Of a stretch of 61,606 nucleotides of DNA, positions 1 through 8,732 are shown piece after piece. The notes below the pieces were generated by a model. The model was not told the DNA's origin and made no database searches. It worked only from the letters and a program-made list of their open reading frames with translations. Origin of the DNA: a virus (lineage: Duplodnaviria; Caudoviricetes); IMG/VR virus record IMGVR_UViG_3300030372_004181, positions 1-61,606 of that record; one strand, 5' to 3'. Positions within the stretch are counted from its first letter, which is position 1, and each line of letters starts with the position of its first letter. Position numbers and translations under genes: made by a program.

Positions 1-5
1 TTAAC

Positions 6-82
6 TATTGACAGTTGTCCCACATTATGCTATAATGTGGGCAACTTAACAGGAGAAAAAGCAAATGAAAGATCAAATGGAC
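6..82. repeat. Terminal direct repeat / circular assembly overlap (copy 1)
   Basis: 6..82 is identical to 61530..61606 (77 nt, a common assembler k-mer size), so the genome is probably complete and circular or circularly permuted. Confidence 0.9.
8..36 (+). promoter_or_regulatory. Consensus sigma70 promoter embedded in an imperfect palindrome
   Basis: TTGACA(8-13)-17 nt-TATAAT(31-36) with extended TG; inverted repeat AGTTG(T)CCCACATTAT-GCT-ATAATGTGGGCAACT spans 13..46. Confidence 0.9.
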
Positions 83-319
83 GACTTAATGAAACTAGCA
101 GAATCGTGTGTTGCAGCAGCAACTCCAGAGACACTGGAGCCCGAGAAGATACAGTTGGCAGACCTAACACAGCACAACATAAAACTGTTGGAGATGGTAG
201 CGAAACGCGACAACAAGATTGCGGAGCAGAAAGGCCAAATAGATTTCTTGCGCGTGGATCGAGATCAGTGGCGCTCGAAGTACGAACACGCGTTGGCTAT
301 CAACGTCATCAAAGAATAA
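65..319 (+). CDS. Hypothetical early protein (coiled-coil)
   Basis: AGGAG RBS, lies directly downstream of consensus promoter, heptad-like C-terminal half. Confidence 0.8.
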   Translation: MKDQMDDLMKLAESCVAAATPETLEPEKIQLADLTQHNIKLLEMVAKRDNKIAEQKGQIDFLRVDRDQWRSKYEHALAINVIKE

Positions 320-331
320 TTAATTCTTGAC

Positions 332-349
332 TGTGGCATAAATACCACG
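332..349. promoter_or_regulatory. 18-bp palindromic operator-like box (TGTGGCA-N4-TACCACG)
   Basis: Related copies at 54681, 60000 and 60678. Confidence 0.5.
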
Positions 350-377
350 GCCCCCTGCGGGGGGCCAAAAATTTTTT
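349..377 (+). terminator. Putative intrinsic terminator
   Basis: GGCCCCC-TGCG-GGGGGCC hairpin followed by A/T tracts, just after the 65..319 stop. Confidence 0.55.
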
Positions 378-399
378 ATCTTTTTATATTTTTTTCTTG

Positions 400-446
400 A
401 CACAACATATAGTGTTGCGAGCACGCTCGCATACTATATCTAGGGG
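400..446. promoter_or_regulatory. Tandem NrdR-box-like pair
   Basis: ACACAACATATAGTGT (400-415) and ATACTATATCTAGGGG (431-446), starts 31 nt apart; NrdR consensus acaCwAtATaTwGtgt. Confidence 0.65.
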
Positions 447-499
447 GCTCGCTTCGCTCGCCCCTTGCGCGTAGTCGCGCGGCGGCTGCGCCGCCGCGC
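417..499. repeat. GC-rich hairpins / CTCGCT-N-CGCTCG element upstream of terL
   Basis: GCGAG-CACG-CTCGC (417-430), CTCGCTTCGCTCG (448-460), 10-bp all-GC stem (477-499) in an AT-rich genome. Confidence 0.7.
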
Positions 500-621
500 T
501 CCTAGACAGGGTACCTGTAACTATTTGCAAAATACATTGTGTTGTTGTAGAGTGTTGACACCCCCTTTTTTAGCGAGGTACTTTATATGTGTGTATATAT
601 ATAATAATCTAGTCATAGAAT

Positions 622-2100
622 ATGAAGATAAAAGATTTCAAAGACCAAATAGGCGAATTAAATATAGAAGAGCAGAAAGAACTAAGTTTACTTTTAGAGC
701 GTCAAGAAAAAGCAAAGAGGACCCAAAAAGCTCAAGAAAAATTCTTGGACTTCGTAAAATTTATGTGGCCACATTTTATTGAAGGGACCCATCATAGAAT
801 CATAGCCGAAAAATTTGATAGAATAGCAAATGGCACTTTGAAACGTTTGATTGTCAACATGCCACCCAGACATACAAAATCAGAATTTGCATCATTCATG
901 TTACCCGCGTTTATCATGGGCCGTAATCCGATGACCAAGATCATTCAAACATCACACACCGCAGAGTTATCGCAGAGGTTTGGTCGTAAAACAAAACAGA
1001 TGATTGACGGAACAGATTTCAAACAACTCTTTCCACAAACAATGCTACAATCAGATTCTAAAGCTGCCGGTCGTTGGGACACAAGTGCAGGTGGTGAATA
1101 CTTCGCTGCCGGTGTCGGTGGTGCGATTACCGGTCGTGGTGCAGATTTGTTAATTATCGATGATCCACATTCAGAGCAAGACGCCCTAAGTGAAACGGCC
1201 ATGGAAGGTGCGTACGAATGGTATACATCTGGTCCTCGTCAACGTTTACAGCCCGGAGGTGCAATCGTTCTTGTTATGACACGTTGGTCAACGATCGATC
1301 TGACAGGACAGTTACTACAAGCACAAGTTGAACCCAAAGCTGATCAGTGGGAAGTTGTAGAGTTCCCGGCAATCATGGACAGCGGTAAACCGACATGGCC
1401 TGAGTATTGGAAGATCGAAGAACTTGAATCAGTAAAGGCATCACTTGCTATTTCAAAATGGAACGCACAATGGATGCAGAAGCCAACATCAGAAGAAGGT
1501 GCAATATTAAAACGTGAATGGTGGCAGCCATGGAAACACAAAGACAAACCAAACTTACACTACATCATACAAAGTTATGACACGGCGTTTAGTAAAAAAG
1601 AAACTGCCGACTATTCTGCAATTACTACCTGGGGTGTGTTCTCACCTGACGACGCAAGACCGGCTTTAATTTTACTTGATGCGCAGCGTGGTCGATGGGA
1701 CTTCCCTGAACTCAAAGAAATAGCGTCAGAAGAATATAATTACTGGGAACCTGAGATGGTTCTCATTGAAGCCAAAGCGAGCGGTATGCCGTTGTCCGAT
1801 GAACTTCGTCGAATAGGAATACCCGTAACCAATTATACACCATCCAGGGGTAACGATAAACGGACAAGGGTCAATTCAATTGCACCGATGTTTGAATCAG
1901 GCATGGTCTATTATCCAGAAAACAGAACTTTTGCAGAAGAAGTTATTGAAGAATGCGCCGCTTTCCCGTATGGTGAGAATGATGACTATGTCGATACGGT
2001 CACCCAAGCGTTGATGCGTTTTAGACAGTCAGGATTAATTCAACTACGGATGGACTACGAGCCAGAACCCGTAGATAATACAAGGAGAGTATTTTACTAA
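622..2100 (+). CDS. terL: Terminase large subunit
   Basis: Walker A NMPPRHTKS, GGAITGRGADLLIIDDP, C-terminal RNase H-like nuclease (SYDTA, DDYVD). Confidence 0.95.
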   Translation: MKIKDFKDQIGELNIEEQKELSLLLERQEKAKRTQKAQEKFLDFVKFMWPHFIEGTHHRIIAEKFDRIANGTLKRLIVNMPPRHTKSEFASFMLPAFIMGRNPMTKIIQTSHTAELSQRFGRKTKQMIDGTDFKQLFPQTMLQSDSKAAGRWDTSAGGEYFAAGVGGAITGRGADLLIIDDPHSEQDALSETAMEGAYEWYTSGPRQRLQPGGAIVLVMTRWSTIDLTGQLLQAQVEPKADQWEVVEFPAIMDSGKPTWPEYWKIEELESVKASLAISKWNAQWMQKPTSEEGAILKREWWQPWKHKDKPNLHYIIQSYDTAFSKKETADYSAITTWGVFSPDDARPALILLDAQRGRWDFPELKEIASEEYNYWEPEMVLIEAKASGMPLSDELRRIGIPVTNYTPSRGNDKRTRVNSIAPMFESGMVYYPENRTFAEEVIEECAAFPYGENDDYVDTVTQALMRFRQSGLIQLRMDYEPEPVDNTRRVFY

Positions 2101-2324
2101 TGAGTGGTGATAGACCTTTAAAGTTTGAAGACTTCACAAACGTGGGAACAAGTTGGAGTCAAACCAATACGATTGGATATCAATTGCCGGGTAATGATAA
2201 TATATTTGTTCTTAGTGATGTCATACAAATGATTAGGGACTCCGGTGGACTTTTTGGTGGTAAAGCAGATGGGGGTTTGATTGGATATTTTGATGGTGGA
2301 ATTGTTTCGTTGTTAAGGAGGTAG
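2100..2324 (+). CDS. Small hypothetical protein with KADGG / FDGG motifs
   Basis: Start overlaps terL stop; carries the recurrent GG motif. Confidence 0.7.
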   Translation: MSGDRPLKFEDFTNVGTSWSQTNTIGYQLPGNDNIFVLSDVIQMIRDSGGLFGGKADGGLIGYFDGGIVSLLRR

Positions 2325-2325
2325 T

Positions 2326-2964
2326 ATGTCATTTTTAGTAGCAAACGTTCCACCAATAAAAGTTCATGTCAAAAAACAATATCTCTATGATTTACAAAAA
2401 GGTCATGGCGAGTTTACTGAAGGTGTGTGGGTCACATGCAAATCAATACAAGGTAGAGCGTTGTACTTTGAAACCTACTTGCCAGAGTACGGTGCACTTT
2501 ATGATAAACTTCCGATTTCCGCTTTTGTAGCTGAACCTACAGAATTAGATTTACCACTTGAAGAATTAGAATTGTGGGATGCATTTGATTATGGTTTGAC
2601 TGTGATCGAGAAAGCAGCAATATCTGGTTGCAAAACAAAATACTTATCGCCTTCTAAGAAGTGGCATACAGGGGAATATCTGTTTACCATTGACAACTGT
2701 CATCAGGACAAAAATATATTAAACACTGGCTATGCTGAAATACCAGAGGAACATAAGTCGTTTAACATTTTGTTATTGGACAACGAACACTTTGCAGCAC
2801 AGCCTAACAATCGTTGCTTGTTCTATGATAAATCGCTAAGTCCTTCAGAACTAAAGACTCCTGACTTTAAGGTATCCACTATTGAATACAATGTAGAGAC
2901 CGAAAGCAAGTGGACAGCGGGCGATGACGATAATTATTTTTACGGCTTGAAAGAACAGAAATAA
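2326..2964 (+). CDS. Conserved-type phage hypothetical protein
   Basis: Long ORF with AAGGAGG RBS; globular composition. Confidence 0.85.
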   Translation: MSFLVANVPPIKVHVKKQYLYDLQKGHGEFTEGVWVTCKSIQGRALYFETYLPEYGALYDKLPISAFVAEPTELDLPLEELELWDAFDYGLTVIEKAAISGCKTKYLSPSKKWHTGEYLFTIDNCHQDKNILNTGYAEIPEEHKSFNILLLDNEHFAAQPNNRCLFYDKSLSPSELKTPDFKVSTIEYNVETESKWTAGDDDNYFYGLKEQK

Positions 2965-2980
2965 TCGATTATTATATTCG

Positions 2981-3262
2981 ATGATTAACCGTTCACAATT
3001 AGGGAGTACAACAAATATGAGTTCATTTTATGAAAGCAATTTATATCCAAACAAAAAAAAATTAGAGGAAAAAAAGAAAAATAGAAAACCTGGTAGACAA
3101 GCAGATGCAAAAAAGACAGGAGGACGTGTTGGGTATAAAAAAGGTAAATTAGTTGGTGGTCAAAATAAATTAGATGCCAACAAAGACGGTAAAATATCTA
3201 AAGCAGATTTCGCTCTTTTGAAAAAAAAGAAGAAGAAAAAGAAAACTAAGAAGAGCAAGTAA
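2981..3262 (+). CDS. Lys-rich small protein with EF-hand-like loop
   Basis: DANKDGKISKADF loop, poly-K tail, KTGGRVGY motif; N-terminus INRSQL matches the capsid protein; alternative start at 3017. Confidence 0.8.
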   Translation: MINRSQLGSTTNMSSFYESNLYPNKKKLEEKKKNRKPGRQADAKKTGGRVGYKKGKLVGGQNKLDANKDGKISKADFALLKKKKKKKKTKKSK

Positions 3263-3504
3263 TGGGAAAACTTTGTCCAAAAGGTAAAGCAGCAGCAAAG
3301 CGTAAGTTTAAGGTCTATCCTTCAGCGTACGCTAATATGTATGCGTCCGGTGTGTGTTCAGGAAAAATTACTCCAGGCGGTAAGAAAAATAAAAAAGCTG
3401 ACGGGGGAAGAGTTGGTTTAAAGAATGGTGGATCACCAGGTAAGATTGCTAAAGGTTGTGGTGCAATCATGAGCAATCGACGTAAAGTAACCAAGTATGT
3501 CTGA
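3262..3504 (+). CDS. Basic small protein (YPSAYAN motif)
   Basis: Translationally coupled; K-rich; KADGGRVG motif. Confidence 0.8.
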   Translation: MGKLCPKGKAAAKRKFKVYPSAYANMYASGVCSGKITPGGKKNKKADGGRVGLKNGGSPGKIAKGCGAIMSNRRKVTKYV

Positions 3505-3809
3505 TGGCGAAAAAAGGTTTAAGAGCATGGGTCAAAGAGAAATGGGTGGACATTGGAGCACCCAAGAAGGATGGCAAATACCAGCCATGCGGGAGAAGCA
3601 AGGGATCAAAGAGGAAATATCCAAAATGCGTCCCACTTGCAAAAGCCACACGGATGACAAAGTCGCAAAAGGCGAGTGCTGTCAGACGAAAACGAGCTGC
3701 AGGTAATCCAGGAGGCAAACCAACGAATGTAGCTACGTTTGCAAAACGTAAAAAAGCTGCAAACGGAGGATCAATGAGTAATTACAGAAAACATTTACGA
3801 AAACCGTGA
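3504..3809 (+). CDS. Basic small protein (KEKWVD...CGR...YPKC)
   Basis: Coupled to upstream stop; K/R-rich; AANGG motif. Confidence 0.8.
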   Translation: MAKKGLRAWVKEKWVDIGAPKKDGKYQPCGRSKGSKRKYPKCVPLAKATRMTKSQKASAVRRKRAAGNPGGKPTNVATFAKRKKAANGGSMSNYRKHLRKP

Positions 3810-3889
3810 AACCAACAAAGATAGGAAACGAATGGATAACATCCACTTATAAAAACTTTCCTATAAGTAGATTGCAAACAGGAGAATAC

Positions 3890-4024
3890 ATGAAAAATAA
3901 AGTTAAAAAAATAAAAAAAGTTGTAAAAGGTTTAGAAAAAGCATCTAAAACTCATGCTGTTCAAGCCAAAACTTTAAAAAAAGTGATTAGTAATGGCAAA
4001 AGATCCAGTAAAAGGAACGGGTAA
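3890..4024 (+). CDS. Basic small protein
   Basis: Start moved to ATG 3890, downstream of AGGAG; K-rich amphipathic helix. Confidence 0.6.
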   Translation: MKNKVKKIKKVVKGLEKASKTHAVQAKTLKKVISNGKRSSKRNG

Positions 4025-4283
4025 AAAGCCAAAAGGGTCAGGGAGGAGACTTTATACCGATGAAAATCCGAAGGACACTGTACGTATTGCGTTCGCGACT
4101 CCGCAAGATGCCCGGAAGACTGTGGCGAAGGTCAAAAAGGTATCTAAACCGTTTGCGCGCAAAATTCAAATCTTAACAGTTGGCGAACAACGTGCTAAAG
4201 TAATGGGCAAATCAGAAGTTGTGCGTATATTTAAACAAGGAAAAGAAGCTATAAGGAAGAAACATGGCAAGAAAACCAGATAA
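3993..4283 (+). CDS. Basic small protein (RRLYTDENPKDT motif)
   Basis: K/R-rich ORF in the same cluster. Confidence 0.8.
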   Translation: MAKDPVKGTGKKPKGSGRRLYTDENPKDTVRIAFATPQDARKTVAKVKKVSKPFARKIQILTVGEQRAKVMGKSEVVRIFKQGKEAIRKKHGKKTR

Positions 4284-4548
4284 ACAACCACCAAAGACTA
4301 AAAAATATTTTAGATCGACTAAATCGGGTGCAGGTATGACTAAAGCTGGTGTTGCACGTTATAGAAGAGATAATCCTGGTTCAAAACTTAAAACAGCGGT
4401 TACAGGTAAGGTAAAAAAAGGTAGTAAAGCTGCAAAAAGACGCAAATCTTTCTGTGCACGTAGTGCAGGACAGATGAAAAAGTTTCCAAAAGCAGCAGCA
4501 GACCCTAATTCTAGACTACGTCAGGCTCGTAAACGTTGGAAGTGCTAA
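4264..4548 (+). CDS. Basic small protein (RRKSFCAR...RWKC)
   Basis: Motif of a type recurrent in marine phage proteins; AAGGA RBS. Confidence 0.8.
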   Translation: MARKPDKQPPKTKKYFRSTKSGAGMTKAGVARYRRDNPGSKLKTAVTGKVKKGSKAAKRRKSFCARSAGQMKKFPKAAADPNSRLRQARKRWKC

Positions 4549-4551
4549 CGT

Positions 4552-4677
4552 ATGATGTGTCGTAATTGCGAACACGAGTGTCATTGCAGTGATAACGGTC
4601 AGTGTGCTGTATGTGAGTGCTCAAACTGTGAGCATAATGCCTTAGATGAATTTTGGGATAGGCTAAATGAAAAGTAA
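4552..4677 (+). CDS. Cys/His-rich 41-aa metallothionein-like peptide (not in ORF track)
   Basis: Manual translation MMCRNCEHECHCSDNGQCAVCECSNCEHNALDEFWDRLNEK; fills the gap 3 nt after the upstream stop. Confidence 0.7.
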   Translation: MMCRNCEHECHCSDNGQCAVCECSNCEHNALDEFWDRLNEK

Positions 4678-4678
4678 G

Positions 4679-4707
4679 TTGACGCAAAGCAATAAAAACA
4701 GTATTCT
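4679..4707 (+). promoter_or_regulatory. Putative sigma70 promoter for the portal operon
   Basis: TTGACG-17 nt-TATTCT in an intergenic gap. Confidence 0.5.
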
Positions 4708-4732
4708 GAGTTAGCATTATAAGGGTAGTATT

Positions 4733-5092
4733 ATGATAAATAGAGACAAACGTATTAAAGATTCTTCTCGAGGATTAGGAAGCATGATGATGGCTTCAGA
4801 TCCTGAAGAAATGAAAGTTCCAACAGATATGATAGATGATCCTGAAGGTCGTTTTGAATCAGATGAACAAGATATGATTCTGCAGATTCTGGAGTCAGGT
4901 CAATTAACTCAGATTAAAGAATCAATCGATCCTTCTACACTTTCAGAAATTATGTCAATGTATGATTCTGCTGTTGAAGATGGAAGATTTATAGGTTCGT
5001 TTGACGAATTTTTAGCGACCATGGTTGTACAACAAGTAAAACAAAATTCATCAGACATGAACCAAGGTATCATGTCAACAATGAGGGGCTAG
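4733..5092 (+). CDS. Acidic hypothetical protein upstream of portal
   Basis: ORF with AAGGG RBS; D/E/M-rich. Confidence 0.75.
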   Translation: MINRDKRIKDSSRGLGSMMMASDPEEMKVPTDMIDDPEGRFESDEQDMILQILESGQLTQIKESIDPSTLSEIMSMYDSAVEDGRFIGSFDEFLATMVVQQVKQNSSDMNQGIMSTMRG

Positions 5093-5093
5093 T

Positions 5094-7550
5094 ATGGCCA
5101 TTGATAGAGAGATGCCTCTCAAAGAACAAATGAAGTTCGACATGAGAGCAGAAGAAGTAGACATTATGGAAGGTGATCCACAGTTAGATGCTGATGGAGG
5201 AGCTACAATTAATTTTGGACCAGAAAATAAAATGTCTAAAGGTCACTCTGAAAATTTAGCAGAATATTTAAGTGATGGTGATCTTGATGTTATATCAAGA
5301 GATTTAGTAGAAGCTTACGAAGGAGACAGAGACTCAAGAGAGGAATGGTCATCAACTTATGCTGAAGGGTTAGATTTACTTGGTATGAAGTATGAAGAGA
5401 GATCAAATCCGTTTCCCGGTGCGTCAGGTGTATCACATCCGTTACTTGCAGAATCAGTAACACAGTTTCAAGCACAGTCTTATAAAGAATTATTTCCTGC
5501 AGGCGGCCCTGTAAAAACTCAAATTATGGGCATGATTAATCCTCAAGTTGAAGCCCAATCTGGTCGCGTTAAAGAATTCATGAATTATCAACTAACCCAC
5601 GTCATGGAAGAATACGAACCCGAGCTTGATCAAATGCTTTTCCACTTACCCTTATCAGGTTCGGCGTTTCGTAAAATTTATTTTGATAACACACTAGGAC
5701 GACCTGTTTCTAAATTTGTGTCATCAGAGGATTTAGTTGTTCCATACGAGGCAACTGATTTAATGACGTGTGCACGAATTACTCACGTTGTAAAAATGAT
5801 GTCGAATGAACTACGTAAGTTTCAAGTTTCAGGATTTTATCGTGATATAGATTTAGAAGAACCAACAGACGATGATCCAAGTAAAGTTAAAGAAAAAATA
5901 GACGAACTTGATGGTCGTAAAAAAGCTTATACAAAAGACAGTATTCACACTTTATTAGAAATGCATGTTGATCTTGACCTACCGGGTTATGAGGATGCCA
6001 ATGAGGCAGGGGAAGAAACTGGAATTAGTTTACCATACATTGTAACTATTGAAGACAACTCAGGGGAAATTTTATCAATACGTAGAAACTGGAATGAACA
6101 AGATTCACTCAAAACTAAAAAACAATATTTCGTACATTACAAGTTCTTGCCAGGTCTTGGTTTCTATGGTTTTGGTCTCATTCATATGCTTGGTGGTCTC
6201 ACAAAAACCGCAACCTCTATATTACGACAGCTTATCGATGCCGGAACACTTGTTAATTTACCAGCTGGTTTCAAAGCAAGAGGGCTTAGGATTAGGGATG
6301 ATGATCAACCTTTAGTACCAGGTGAATTTAGAGATGTTGATGCACCTGCCGGAGACATTCGTAATTCATTAGTTCCATTACCTTACAAAGAACCATCAGG
6401 AACGTTATTTAATTTATTGGGTTTTGTTATTGAAAGTGGTAAATCATTTGCTGCTGTTGCTGACATGAAACTTGGTGAAGGTAACGAAGTAAATCCTGTT
6501 GGTACGACCATGGCTCTTCTTGAGAGAGGCATGAAAGTTATGTCTGCAATTCACAAAAGAATGCACATGGCTCAAGGAAAAGAATTTAAATTACTAGCTC
6601 AACTGTTTGCAGAAACATTGCCTGATATTTATCCTTATCAAGTTATAGGAGGCAATCAAGCTATTAAAGCACAAGATTTTGATGAGCGCATTGATGTAAT
6701 TCCTGTATCTGATCCAAATATATTTTCAGTTACACAACGTGTGACTCTTGCACAACAACAACTACAACTTGCACAAGCTGCACCAGAGATGCATAATATT
6801 CCTGAAGCTTATAGAAGAATGTATGAGGCAATGGGTGTTCAAAATATTGAGGCTTTGATGCCACCGCCTCCACCTCCGCCACCACCTAAAGATCCTGCAA
6901 CAGAAAATGCAGAACTATTGGCTGGTATGCCCGCGCAAGCTTTTCAAGGACAAAATCACGATGCTCACATTGAAGCACACTTTGCTTTAATGCACAGTAC
7001 AGTGGTTAAAAGTAATCCTGTAGTTTCAGCAAATATTCAAGCTCATATTATGCAGCATATCTCATTAAAAGCTCAAGAGCAGGTGCAGGCAGAGGTTCAA
7101 GAACAAATGCAACAAATGCCGCCTGAGCAACAACAAATGATGCAACAACAAATGATGATGGAAATGCAGAGCAGAGTTGCAGAACTTGGAGCAGAATTGA
7201 TAGCAGAGTTTGTTGCAGAGTATGAAGAGTTATTAAAAGACTCTTCTAACGATCCTTTAGTAGATTTAAAAAAAGAAGAGTTAGAATTAAAAGAACAAGA
7301 TATGGAACGTAAAGCTCAGGAAGCACAATTAAAATTAGAACTTGAAGAACGTAAAGCTGATGATCGAAAAGAAACTGATGAAGATAGAATTGATCAACAA
7401 AAAGATGCACTAGCTATTCGTTCAGCGATTGCTGCAGAAAAATTAGAAAAAGATTCTAAAAATAAAATGATGGATAAAGCAGAAAAGATTACAGCCAATC
7501 TTGAAAAAACAACTGCTAATATTTTAAATCCTAACGGGAGACAACAATAG
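5094..7550 (+). CDS. Portal protein
   Basis: 818 aa, between terL and the head genes; HPLLAESVTQFQAQ and FLPGLGFYGFGLIH motifs, long helical Q/E-rich C-terminal tail typical of podovirus portals. Confidence 0.88.
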   Translation: MAIDREMPLKEQMKFDMRAEEVDIMEGDPQLDADGGATINFGPENKMSKGHSENLAEYLSDGDLDVISRDLVEAYEGDRDSREEWSSTYAEGLDLLGMKYEERSNPFPGASGVSHPLLAESVTQFQAQSYKELFPAGGPVKTQIMGMINPQVEAQSGRVKEFMNYQLTHVMEEYEPELDQMLFHLPLSGSAFRKIYFDNTLGRPVSKFVSSEDLVVPYEATDLMTCARITHVVKMMSNELRKFQVSGFYRDIDLEEPTDDDPSKVKEKIDELDGRKKAYTKDSIHTLLEMHVDLDLPGYEDANEAGEETGISLPYIVTIEDNSGEILSIRRNWNEQDSLKTKKQYFVHYKFLPGLGFYGFGLIHMLGGLTKTATSILRQLIDAGTLVNLPAGFKARGLRIRDDDQPLVPGEFRDVDAPAGDIRNSLVPLPYKEPSGTLFNLLGFVIESGKSFAAVADMKLGEGNEVNPVGTTMALLERGMKVMSAIHKRMHMAQGKEFKLLAQLFAETLPDIYPYQVIGGNQAIKAQDFDERIDVIPVSDPNIFSVTQRVTLAQQQLQLAQAAPEMHNIPEAYRRMYEAMGVQNIEALMPPPPPPPPPKDPATENAELLAGMPAQAFQGQNHDAHIEAHFALMHSTVVKSNPVVSANIQAHIMQHISLKAQEQVQAEVQEQMQQMPPEQQQMMQQQMMMEMQSRVAELGAELIAEFVAEYEELLKDSSNDPLVDLKKEELELKEQDMERKAQEAQLKLELEERKADDRKETDEDRIDQQKDALAIRSAIAAEKLEKDSKNKMMDKAEKITANLEKTTANILNPNGRQQ

Positions 7551-8530
7551 TGACTAAACCTGACGATAAACCAGGAAAACCGGGTGGCGGTATTAATCCA
7601 GGAGGCGGCGGTGCAGGTGGACCTAAAGATCCTTGCCGTCCCTCAGAATATATTTATGATCCTGTTACTAAAAGTATGGTTCCTCCTCCAGGTTGCCCAG
7701 GGGCACCTGATCCTGTCGAACCTACTCCAGAACCATCGCCACCGCCTTTAGGATACAGTCCTATATATACAGACGGAGGTATAGGAGTTTTTGAACCTAA
7801 AGTAAAAACAGGGATTGTTGCTGATCAATATGCTAAACTTTTAGACGTTCCTTACAGAGAGGCTTTTATGCCTGGTGGACCAGAAAGTAGTGTTTTTAGT
7901 GCAAAGAATGTTATGCCTGTTGAGACAAAAGCTGATCCTCGTCCTTACAGTAAAACAAAACAAATTCCAATCCGTGATTTAATAAAACTGCCTATGAGAG
8001 ATGCAACAGATGCTGAACTATTGGCCGTATCAGGAACTCCTGATGAACCAATGATGTCAAAAGATCCTTACAAAACCATGTCCTATCAATTAGATTATGT
8101 ATCATCACCTGGAAGAACTTTTACAGGATCTGGAACTAAACCACCTGGTTCAATAACGGGACCCGTTATTCCTTTGCCAGTCGTAGGTGGATCACCTACA
8201 GGAGGTGTTTTTACACCTAACCCTGGAGGTGGGGGAACTTACACAGGACCTGGAGTTAACTTACCCGGTCCAGTTGTTCCTTTACCAGTCGTCGGAGGAT
8301 CATCAAAAACTGGTGGTAATTTAATTCCTCTTAGTGACGAATTAGGTTTTACAATCGATAATGAAGGCAATAAAATTTATTCTGATTCAGAAGGCAATCC
8401 TGTGTTTGCAGCTGATGGAGGTCGTATTGACAAAATGGACGGCGGCATGATGATTATTGAAGACGGGGTTGCAAATGATGGCATTGGTGGTATATTAAAA
8501 AAATATAAAGAAATAAGATCAGAATTATAA
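7550..8530 (+). CDS. Pro/Gly-rich, probably disordered virion-associated protein
   Basis: Internal repeat GPV(I/V)PLPVVGGS twice; C-terminal AADGGRI motif; GTG start coupled to the portal stop. Confidence 0.75.
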   Translation: MTKPDDKPGKPGGGINPGGGGAGGPKDPCRPSEYIYDPVTKSMVPPPGCPGAPDPVEPTPEPSPPPLGYSPIYTDGGIGVFEPKVKTGIVADQYAKLLDVPYREAFMPGGPESSVFSAKNVMPVETKADPRPYSKTKQIPIRDLIKLPMRDATDAELLAVSGTPDEPMMSKDPYKTMSYQLDYVSSPGRTFTGSGTKPPGSITGPVIPLPVVGGSPTGGVFTPNPGGGGTYTGPGVNLPGPVVPLPVVGGSSKTGGNLIPLSDELGFTIDNEGNKIYSDSEGNPVFAADGGRIDKMDGGMMIIEDGVANDGIGGILKKYKEIRSEL

Positions 8531-8534
8531 AGTA

Positions 8535-8732
8535 ATGGACGGACTATGGTTGAGCGATAAGATACTTCGTATCATTCGCGACAAAAAACAAAAGACTACA
8601 GATTTTGTTATGCAAGGCAGCACGACAGAAAGAGCTGACTATAATTTTATGATTGGTCAATATCGTATCTTAGAAGAAATAGAAGATGAGATAAAAGAGA
8701 TCTTAAAAAAAGGAGAACAAAACGATGAGTGA
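8535..8732 (+). CDS. Small helical hypothetical protein
   Basis: ORF between portal region and GroES. Confidence 0.8.
   Translation: MDGLWLSDKILRIIRDKKQKTTDFVMQGSTTERADYNFMIGQYRILEEIEDEIKEILKKGEQNDE

Noticed and set aside
13-46. Promoter palindrome as a dif/Xer, lox or telomere-resolution site
   Set aside because: No XerD arm (TTATGTTAAAT), spacer length does not fit, and no recombinase or protelomerase gene was recognised.
37-782. ORFs 37..330 and 465..782
   Set aside because: Out-of-frame overlaps of better-supported genes; they start inside a promoter or GC hairpin and have no RBS.
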